In this document: positions 39,225-47,773 of the stretch, one piece after another
Numbering within the stretch: position 1 is the first letter of the stretch
Layout: every line of letters starts with the position of its first letter
Source: Gammaproteobacteria bacterium
GTDB taxonomy: Bacteria; Pseudomonadota; Gammaproteobacteria; GCA-001735895
Direction: 5' to 3'
Assembly (NCBI GenBank): GCA_029864185.1
Contig: JAOTTY010000002.1
Span: 1-47,773, forward strand
Length of the DNA stretch: 47,773 bases
Notes under the pieces: model-generated
What the model was told of the DNA's origin: nothing
The model's input: the letters and a program-made list of their open reading frames with translations, nothing else
Database searches by the model: none
Position numbers and translations under genes: made by a program

Positions 39225-40010
39225 ATGATCCGGCTGCGAGAATTACAACGACGATTTCAGGATTACCTGATTGGCGCATCCGACGATATCGAGCGCGACA
39301 TCGTCGGCAGCGACAACGCGCTCGCCGAGCACCGCCTCGCCACTTACTACAACGCGTATCGCATCCGCCTGATAGACTGCCTGGCGACAGACTATGCCGC
39401 AGTACAGAATTATCTGGGTCGCGAAGCCTTCGAGGAACTGGCGTTAGCTTATCTCCGCGAGTACCCGTCTACGCACCCGTCGGTACGCTGGTTTGGCAAA
39501 TCCCTGCCCGAATATCTGCGCACCCGTTACCAAGGCGAGGAGCGTGATTTCCTGCTCGAGCTGGCGCGCTACGAGTGGGCACAAACGATGATATTCGATG
39601 CCGCCGATAGCGCTGCGCTGGTTCAGCTCGACGACATGGCGCAGTTGCCGCCGCAGGACTGGCCGGATCTGCGCCTCCGCTTCAAGCCGGCGCTTACCTG
39701 GCTGGACCTGCACTGGAACGTGCCGCCGATAGAGCACGCGCTGAACACGGGTGACGAACCGCCGCGCCAGCAGCGCCTCGAACATCCGCAACGCTGGCTA
39801 TTGTGGCGCCGCGAGCTGAAAATCCACTGGCGCTCGCTCGAGGTACACGAGGCCTGGGCGCTGCAGCAGGCCGTCGACGGGGCGAATTTTGCCGCGATCT
39901 GCGAAGGCCTGCTCGAATGGGTCGACGCCGAACAGGTTGCGCCGGTCGCGGCCGGATTTCTCAAACAATGGATCAGCGACCAGCTGATCGTCAGCCTCGG
40001 CGATGACTAA
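39225..40010 (+). CDS. bufC: DUF2063-family partner protein (BufC-like)
   Basis: MIRLRELQRRFQDYL...LATYYNAYRIRLIDCL...YLGREAFEELALAYLREYPS is a typical DUF2063 N-terminal domain. The ATG at 39225 is 5 nt after the bufB stop. The track start at 39078 lies out of frame inside bufB. Confidence 0.8.
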   Translation: MIRLRELQRRFQDYLIGASDDIERDIVGSDNALAEHRLATYYNAYRIRLIDCLATDYAAVQNYLGREAFEELALAYLREYPSTHPSVRWFGKSLPEYLRTRYQGEERDFLLELARYEWAQTMIFDAADSAALVQLDDMAQLPPQDWPDLRLRFKPALTWLDLHWNVPPIEHALNTGDEPPRQQRLEHPQRWLLWRRELKIHWRSLEVHEAWALQQAVDGANFAAICEGLLEWVDAEQVAPVAAGFLKQWISDQLIVSLGDD

Positions 40011-40122
40011 CCGGCGCGGTGGTGATAGTGTTAACATTACCAGGCTGGCGGCTGAGAACATCATTCGCCGGACTTTCCCGGAAAAACGAAACCGGTCGCG
40101 TTCGACCTGAGGAACTATCGCC

Positions 40123-43002
40123 ATGCCAAATCTTGACCTAAAACTGCAGGATCTCGATATCTTCCACGGCTTCATTCGCCGCCATATCGGCCCGGACGAG
40201 GCAGAAGAAAAGGCGATGCTCGCCGAACTCGGGATGGCGAGCATCGACGAACTGCTCGACAAGGTCGTGCCGGAATCGATTCGCCGGCGCAAGCCGCTCG
40301 CGGTCAAGGCCAGCCTGAGCGAGCGCCAGGTACTGTTACGGCTGTACGAGATTTCGATACGCAACCAGCTCTACAAATCCTTCATCGGCATGGGCTACTA
40401 CGGTACGCAGACCCCGAGCGTGATCGAACGCAACCTGCTGCGCAACCCCGCCTGGTACACGTCCTACACCCCCTACCAGGCAGAAATATCGCAGGGACGC
40501 CTGGAGGCGCTGCTGAACTTTCAGACCATGGTCAGCGACCTGACCGGCATGGAGCTCGCCAACGCCTCTATGCTGGACGAAGCCACCGCGGCGGCCGAGG
40601 CCATGACCATGTGCCATCGCCTTTCCAAGAGCAAGAGCGACGTGTTTTACATTGCGAATACCTGCCATCCGCAAACCATCGAAGTGGTCACCAACCGCGC
40701 CAGGCACCTGCATATCAAGTGCGTGATCGGGGATCCGTTTGCGGCGATCGACAACCCCGAACTGTTCGGTGTATTGCTGCAATACCCCTGCTCCACCGGG
40801 GAGGTCCACGATTACCGCGATCTGGTGGCGAAGATTCACGAAAAGCAGGGACTGGTCGCGGTCGCGGCAGACCTGCTGAGCCTGACGCTGTTGACGCCGC
40901 CAGGAGAATTCGACGCCGATATCGTGGTCGGCAACACGCAGCGCTTCGGCGTACCGCTTGGTTACGGCGGACCGCACGCGGCCTTCATGGCGACGCGCGA
41001 CGCTTTCAAGCGCTCGCTGCCGGGGCGCCTGATCGGCGTCTCGAAAGATAGCCGTGGCGAGCCCGCGCTGCGGTTGACGCTACAAACCCGGGAACAGCAC
41101 ATCCGTCGTGAAAAAGCGACCAGCAACATCTGCACCGCGCAGGCGCTGCTCGCGATCATGGCCAGCATGTACGCTGTCTATCACGGCCCCGGGGAAATTC
41201 GGCGCATCGCGCAGCGTGTGCATCGCCTGACCGTGCTGCTGGCCGAGGGCCTGCGCGAACTCGGCCTCCGGGTCAACACCAGGCACTATTTCGATACCAT
41301 CACGGTCGATACCGGCAACGCGACCGAGTTCATCATGGCCGCGGCACGCGCCAAGAAAATGAACCTGCGCCAGGTGGATGCGCACACGATCGGCATTTCC
41401 ATCGACGAGGTGTCGACCCGGGGCGACGTGACCCGCTTATACGATATCTTCACGCATGACCTCGGCCGGGACGTCTCGATCGACGAACTGGATACCAGGG
41501 TCGAGGCCGCGTTGCCGACGGACCTGATCCGCAACAGCGATTACCTGACCCACCCGGTTTTCAACAGCCACCATTCCGAAACCGATTTGATGCGCTACAT
41601 GCGCAAGCTCGCGGACAAAGACCTGGCGCTGGATCGCACCATGATTCCGCTCGGATCCTGCACCATGAAACTCAATGCGGCGACCGAACTGATACCTGTT
41701 ACCTGGCCCGGCTTCGGGCGCATTCATCCTTTCGTACCGCTGGACCAGGCGCAGGGGTACCAGCAGCTAATCGTCGAACTCGAGCAGATGCTGTGCGCCT
41801 GTACCGGCTACGACGCAATTTCGCTGCAGCCAAACTCCGGCGCCCAGGGCGAATATGCCGGCCTGCTGGCGATAAAGTCGTACCACGAGAGCCGCGGCGA
41901 GGGGCATCGTGATATCTGCCTGGTGCCGGGTTCCGCGCATGGCACCAACCCAGCGTCGGCGCAGATGGCGGGCATGAAGGTGGTGCTGGTCGGCAGCGCG
42001 AAAAACGGCAATATCGACGTCGACGATTTAACCGCCAAGTGCGAAAAACATCGCGATAACCTGGCCGCGATCATGATTACTTATCCTTCGACGCACGGCG
42101 TATTCGAGGACAACGTGCGCGAGGTGTGCCAGATAGTTCACGACCATGGTGGCCAGGTCTACATCGATGGCGCCAACATGAACGCGATGGTCGGCGTCTG
42201 CGCGCCCGGCAAATTCGGAGGCGACGTCTCGCACCTGAACCTGCATAAGACCTTCGCCATCCCGCACGGCGGCGGAGGTCCGGGCGTGGGCCCGATCGGA
42301 GTCAGGGAACACCTCAAGCCATTCCTACCGTCGACCAGCCAGAGTCACAACGGCGGGATCAACAAGGTTTCCGCGGCGCCGTTCGGTAGCGCCGGTATCC
42401 TGCCGATCAGCTGGGCCTATATTTCGCTGCTGGGCCGGCACGGGCTGCCGCAGGCGACCGCGACCGCAATTTTGAACGCCAACTACATTGCGCACAGGTT
42501 GAAGGAGCATTTCCCTATTCTGTATACCGGACCCAATGGGCTGGTCGCACACGAATGCATTATCGATACCCGTATCGTCAAGGATTTCGCGAGCGTCGAC
42601 GACATCGCCAAGCGCCTGATCGACTACGGCTTTCACGCTCCGACGATGTCGTTCCCGGTCGCGGGCACGCTGATGATCGAGCCCACCGAGTCCGAATCCA
42701 AGGAAGAGCTCGACCGCTTCTGCGAGGCGATGATCGCGATTCGCAACGAAATTCGCGAAATCGAGGCAGGCCGCATGGATCCAGACGACAACCCGCTCAG
42801 GAATGCGCCGCACACGGTCGACATGGTCTGCGCCGACGAATGGAATCACGCCTACAGCCGCAAACAGGCTGCCTACCCGCTGCCGTCGTTGCGCGACTAC
42901 AAGTACTGGTCACCGGTAGGGCGCATCGACAACGTTTATGGCGATACGCACGTAGTCTGCTCCTGTCCGCCGCTGTCTGCCTACGCCGACGACAACGCCT
43001 GA
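40123..43002 (+). CDS. gcvP: glycine dehydrogenase (decarboxylating), single-chain P protein
   Basis: 959 aa with the PLP-Lys region [19 protein letters not shown] and family-typical termini. Confidence 0.96.
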   Translation: MPNLDLKLQDLDIFHGFIRRHIGPDEAEEKAMLAELGMASIDELLDKVVPESIRRRKPLAVKASLSERQVLLRLYEISIRNQLYKSFIGMGYYGTQTPSVIERNLLRNPAWYTSYTPYQAEISQGRLEALLNFQTMVSDLTGMELANASMLDEATAAAEAMTMCHRLSKSKSDVFYIANTCHPQTIEVVTNRARHLHIKCVIGDPFAAIDNPELFGVLLQYPCSTGEVHDYRDLVAKIHEKQGLVAVAADLLSLTLLTPPGEFDADIVVGNTQRFGVPLGYGGPHAAFMATRDAFKRSLPGRLIGVSKDSRGEPALRLTLQTREQHIRREKATSNICTAQALLAIMASMYAVYHGPGEIRRIAQRVHRLTVLLAEGLRELGLRVNTRHYFDTITVDTGNATEFIMAAARAKKMNLRQVDAHTIGISIDEVSTRGDVTRLYDIFTHDLGRDVSIDELDTRVEAALPTDLIRNSDYLTHPVFNSHHSETDLMRYMRKLADKDLALDRTMIPLGSCTMKLNAATELIPVTWPGFGRIHPFVPLDQAQGYQQLIVELEQMLCACTGYDAISLQPNSGAQGEYAGLLAIKSYHESRGEGHRDICLVPGSAHGTNPASAQMAGMKVVLVGSAKNGNIDVDDLTAKCEKHRDNLAAIMITYPSTHGVFEDNVREVCQIVHDHGGQVYIDGANMNAMVGVCAPGKFGGDVSHLNLHKTFAIPHGGGGPGVGPIGVREHLKPFLPSTSQSHNGGINKVSAAPFGSAGILPISWAYISLLGRHGLPQATATAILNANYIAHRLKEHFPILYTGPNGLVAHECIIDTRIVKDFASVDDIAKRLIDYGFHAPTMSFPVAGTLMIEPTESESKEELDRFCEAMIAIRNEIREIEAGRMDPDDNPLRNAPHTVDMVCADEWNHAYSRKQAAYPLPSLRDYKYWSPVGRIDNVYGDTHVVCSCPPLSAYADDNA

Positions 43003-43100
43003 TCGGCCGACAGCTGGGCACGGGCGGGACTGCCAACTGGTGTATGGATTCTGCCATTCTGGCGTTATACTCCGGTCCGCTGCTGCGATAGGATTGCCCC

Positions 43101-44473
<1,373 letters not shown>

Positions 44474-44480
<7 letters not shown>

Positions 44481-45553
44481 ACGAATGGCAGGCGGCGCTG
44501 GCTCCCTACCTGAGCCTGATCGGGGACAATCCATGGCTGCAGGCAGGCATGGTCGTGGTTCTGTTCCTCGTCGTGGCATGGATCGTCGATCGCGTTATCG
44601 TCACCACGCTGGAGCGTATCTTCGCAAAGGCGCGATTTACCTTTGGTGACCAGTTGCTGGCGATTATACATGGGCCGATTTATATCAGCGTAATCCTGGT
44701 TGGCCTTGGGCTGGCAACCAATTTGCTGGACCTCGGCGATCCCTACGAATTCATCGCCTATTCCACATTGAAATCGATCGCGGTAATCATCTGGGCGGTA
44801 TTCCTGATGCGCCTGTCGCACCTGCTGCTGCACAGTATTGCAGGCAATGAAAGGCGCGTCAGATTTCTAAACAGCCAGTCGCTGCCGTTATTCAATAACG
44901 TCGCCAATATCGTTATCGTCGTAATCGCCGTCTACGCGGTCTTCACCGCGTGGGGCATCGACATGACCGCGTGGCTCGCGTCTGCAGGAATCATCGGCAT
45001 CGCGGTCGGCTTCGCCGCCAAGGACACGCTCGCCAACCTGTTTTCCGGGGTTTTCATCCTCGCCGACGCACCCTACAAGATCGGCGATTACGTCGTGCTC
45101 GATTCGGGCGAACGCGGCGAGATCACCCACATCGGTATCCGCAGCACGCGCATGCGAACGCGCGACGATGTCGAGGTTACGGTGCCCAACGCGATCATGG
45201 GCAACACCAAGATCATCAACGAATCAGGCGGGCCCTACGAAAAATTCCGCATCCGGGTAAAGGTTGGCGTGGCTTACGGCTCCGACATCGACCAGGTGCA
45301 GAACCTGCTGATGGAGATCGCCGCGGCGAACGAGAATGTTTGCCATGAACCCGCGCACCGCGTCCGCTTTCGCGCTTTTGGCGGCTCCAGCCTCGATTTT
45401 GACTTGCTGTGCTGGGTGAATCAGCCCGCCGCCCGCGGCCTGGTCACGCACGAACTGCTATGCCAGATTTACAAGCGCTTCAACGCGGAGGGTATCGAGA
45501 TCCCTTACTCCAAGCACGATCTCTACATCAAGGAATTACCGGACCGGAAATAA
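44474..45553 (+). CDS. MscS-family mechanosensitive channel
   Basis: N-terminal TM helices. The pore-helix/beta-domain region reads [36 protein letters not shown]. The ATG overlaps the sdaA stop by 7 nt. Confidence 0.88.
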
Positions 45554-45601
45554 GGGGACAGTTTACTTAATTCGACGTGTCGAATTAAGTAAACTGTCCC
45601 C
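45554..45601. repeat. extragenic palindromic element, copy C, doubling as a bidirectional terminator
   Basis: GGGGACAGTTTACTTAATTCGA-cgtg-TCGAATTAAGTAAACTGTCCCC is a perfect 22-bp stem, followed by GTTTTT. It starts 1 nt after the mscS-family stop and ends 14 nt before the convergent aminotransferase stop. Confidence 0.85.
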
Positions 45602-45615
45602 GTTTTTACCGTCTA

Positions 45616-46977
45616 TTATTCGCCGAAGACGGTGACGATGGCGTTGCGAATGCCGGCGACGAGTTCGTCCAATGTGACCTCGTCGGTCGTCAGCGGCGGC
45701 GCAATGCAGACCACTTCGCTGCGCATACGCGTGAAGACACCGTTGTCGATCATGGCTTTTGTCATTTTCGCTCCAACCCCCCACTCCGGCGGATACCAGG
45801 TCTTCGTGGTCTTGTCCTCTACCAGCTCTACCCCGCACATCATGCCCTTGCCGCGTACGTTGCCGACATGCGGGTGCCCATCCAGCTCGGCGTGCAGCCT
45901 GTCGAGCAGATAGGCGCCCTTGCTGGCAGCCTGCTCGACCAGGTTGTGGCTCTCGATATAATCAAGGGTTGCCAACCCGACCGCGCAGGTGGTCGGATGC
46001 CCACTATAGGTATAGGCGTGCATCCATGGCTTGTCGCTGTTGCGGATGGTCTCGGCGACCTCGTCGCTGATACCGATTCCACCGAGCGGCAGGTAACCCG
46101 AGGTAATCGACTTGGCGAACTGCATCAGGTCCGGTTGCACACCGTAATGATCGAGTGCGAATAGCTTGCCGGTGCGGCCAAAACCGGTAATGACCTCGTC
46201 GACCACGAACAGCACCTCGTACTGATCGCAGATTTCGCGAATGCGCGGGAAATAGTCGTCCGGCGGCACGATGACGCCGCCTGCGCCCTGTACCGGTTCG
46301 GCGATAAACATCGCCACAGTCTCGGGACCCTGCTTCAGGATTTCCTTTTCCAGTTCGTTGGCCGCCGCGATTCCCTGCGATGATCCATCCCCGGGCACCG
46401 GATAGTGGTATGGGTCGGGTGCCGGTATATGGCTGAACCCGGGCATGCGCGGCTCGAAGGACGGCCAGTAACCGGCTATACCGGTGGCGCACATTGCTGC
46501 GAACGTCACCCCGTGATAGCCCCAGATGCGGCTGATCACCTTGGTCTTTTCCGGCTTGCCCTTCGCCTTCCAGTAATACCGCGCCAGCTTGAAATTGCTG
46601 TCGGTAGATTCGCCACCGCCCGACGTGAAATAGAAATTATTGATTTGTGGATAACACAGTCCCGACAGGCGTTCGGCAAGTTCGATCGCCGGCGGGTTGG
46701 AGCTGCCGTTATAACTCGAACAATAAGCCATTTGCTGCATCTGCCTGGCAGCCGCATCGATCAGCGGCTGGCGTCCGTGACCGCAGCTGACGTTCCACAG
46801 GCATGACAACCCATCGATATAGCGATTGCCGTCGGCATCGATCAGGTGGGAACCTTCCGCTTTAACCCAGACTTTCGCGTTGGCGTGGGCCGGGTTGTGG
46901 TGCAATGGATGGATCATGTGTTCCTGGTCCTTGTCGACCAGGGCGCTGTTGCTGAGGGGCGCGTTCATATGAATCAC
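45616..46977 (-). CDS. class-III (omega) PLP-dependent aminotransferase
   Basis: DGLSCLWNVSCGHG, FIAEPVQGAGGVIVPP, VVDEVITGFGRTG and FAKSITSGYLPLGG (Lys) are typical of the aspartate aminotransferase family, class III. I cannot call the substrate. Confidence 0.88.
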   Translation of the reverse strand: MIHMNAPLSNSALVDKDQEHMIHPLHHNPAHANAKVWVKAEGSHLIDADGNRYIDGLSCLWNVSCGHGRQPLIDAAARQMQQMAYCSSYNGSSNPPAIELAERLSGLCYPQINNFYFTSGGGESTDSNFKLARYYWKAKGKPEKTKVISRIWGYHGVTFAAMCATGIAGYWPSFEPRMPGFSHIPAPDPYHYPVPGDGSSQGIAAANELEKEILKQGPETVAMFIAEPVQGAGGVIVPPDDYFPRIREICDQYEVLFVVDEVITGFGRTGKLFALDHYGVQPDLMQFAKSITSGYLPLGGIGISDEVAETIRNSDKPWMHAYTYSGHPTTCAVGLATLDYIESHNLVEQAASKGAYLLDRLHAELDGHPHVGNVRGKGMMCGVELVEDKTTKTWYPPEWGVGAKMTKAMIDNGVFTRMRSEVVCIAPPLTTDEVTLDELVAGIRNAIVTVFGE

Positions 46978-46990
46978 TCGCTGTTTGATA

Positions 46991-47050
46991 GGAACCGGCC
47001 ATGCGGCGTTTGGATCTCCTTATTATAGGTATTCCGGTTCCCTAATAAAC
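46991..47050 (-). promoter_or_regulatory. candidate promoter/operator of the aminotransferase gene
   Basis: A minus-strand TATAAT (47027-47022) has a weak -35 (TTTATT). An 8-bp inverted repeat, GGAACCGG (46991-46998) / CCGGTTCC (47034-47041), brackets it. Confidence 0.3.
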
Positions 47051-47216
47051 CGATTTCCGCGTCTGTAAACGAAACGCAGGCTCGATATGGGGTTTTGCGG
47101 CGCAATTTATTGCGATGGCGCCCGTGGCGCGGCGTATTTTATCGCCGCTCGTCCTGTGCAACTCTGCTGCGTTCGCCCGCGCCGCAGCACAGGCTGGGAG
47201 TCTCGTTAGACGCCTG

Positions 47217-47597
47217 TTACCGCGTTGCCTGTCCGCCCTGTTGCGCGCATTGCAGGATCAGTCCGGCCATGGCGTCGTTTTCGCCGAGATACTGCGACAT
47301 CTCGATGCTGATCCCGGGGTACCCCGCCCTGGCGCAGGCAAGTTCGCCGGGGATATCCTGCACCACGTGCCGCCCCGCGGCCAGAAAATAGGGTACCGCG
47401 ACAATTTCGGATGCGCCCAGTTCGATACAGCTGGCTATCCCCTGCTGGATATCCGGTTCGGCGAGTTCGAGAAAGGCGGGCAAGACCGCATCGTAATCGC
47501 CGCCGCCGAGTTCCTGCACCTTTTGCGCAAGCCGGCGAACCTCGTCGTTGGCGGACTGTTTACGGCTGCCGTGTGCGATTAGCATCATTACCTTCAT
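47217..47597 (-). CDS. cbiX: CbiX/SirB-type (small) sirohydrochlorin chelatase
   Basis: MKVMMLIAHGSRKQSANDEV...VAVPYFLAAGRHV is a family-typical His-containing motif, and the 126-aa length fits the short CbiX form. Confidence 0.8.
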   Translation of the reverse strand: MKVMMLIAHGSRKQSANDEVRRLAQKVQELGGGDYDAVLPAFLELAEPDIQQGIASCIELGASEIVAVPYFLAAGRHVVQDIPGELACARAGYPGISIEMSQYLGENDAMAGLILQCAQQGGQATR

Positions 47598-47773
47598 TGT
47601 CGTGACCCTGTCCCGCGTATCGAGAAAATCAATTAGTGTACGTTAGCGCGGCGCTTTCGGATTTTATCCGCTCCCGGTCGATCCGCGGAGCACAATTCGC
47701 CCAACCTGCGGCAAAGTGCTATGAAGGATTTCGCAATTTGTCGAGTCCCCGGGGCAGGCCGCGGTCCGGTGCA

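Noticed and set aside
38299-39279. 326-aa minus-strand ORF antisense to the DUF692 gene
   Set aside because: The opposite strand encodes a full-length DUF692 protein with all hallmarks. The antisense product has no recognisable features.
40011-40122. Possible glycine riboswitch upstream of gcvP
   Set aside because: I could not find the conserved GGAGAG...CACCG / ACCGAAGGGGCAA-type cores, and the leader is short for a tandem aptamer. A covariance-model scan is needed to exclude it fully.
47721-47773. ATG at 47721 (MKDFAICRVPGAGRGPV...) running off the window end
   Set aside because: Only 17 codons are visible and I recognise no motif, so I cannot support a gene call.

Overview
Densely packed chromosomal core segment from a moderately GC-rich, gammaproteobacterium-like genome. 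Local gene order matches known blocks: rpsP-rimM-trmD-rplS / ffh / ypjD-yfjD-like, and arsC-wrbA-DUF2069 / hda-DUF2066 / purM-purN-DUF3108 as in Pseudomonas. I can support about 50 protein-coding genes, mostly housekeeping: translation, SRP, isoprenoid (ispA, dxs), lysine (dapA), purine, aromatic (aroC), glycine/serine catabolism, DNA repair. I found no rRNA, tRNA, CRISPR array, transposase, integrase or phage genes. The standout is a compact three-gene RiPP-type cluster at 38034-40010. It encodes a Sec-exported 6-Cys precursor peptide, a DUF692 multinuclear non-heme iron oxidase (MNIO) and a DUF2063 partner protein. This is the architecture of bufferin-type periplasmic metallophores. A strong hairpin sits between the precursor gene and the enzyme genes. 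Secondary observations: (1) a three-copy family of about 20-nt inverted-repeat extragenic elements (half-site GAATTAAGTAWWSKRTCCCC) at gene 3' ends; (2) an orphan GspE/PilB-like secretion ATPase in an operon with a thioredoxin-like protein, a lipoprotein and a TVP38/DedA-like membrane protein; (3) a class-II cyclic-nucleotide phosphodiesterase inserted between ffh and ypjD; (4) several conserved DUF genes overlapping the ends of housekeeping genes. Many long ORFs in the supplied track are alternative-frame or antisense shadows of real genes, and several real genes start downstream of the listed ORF start.
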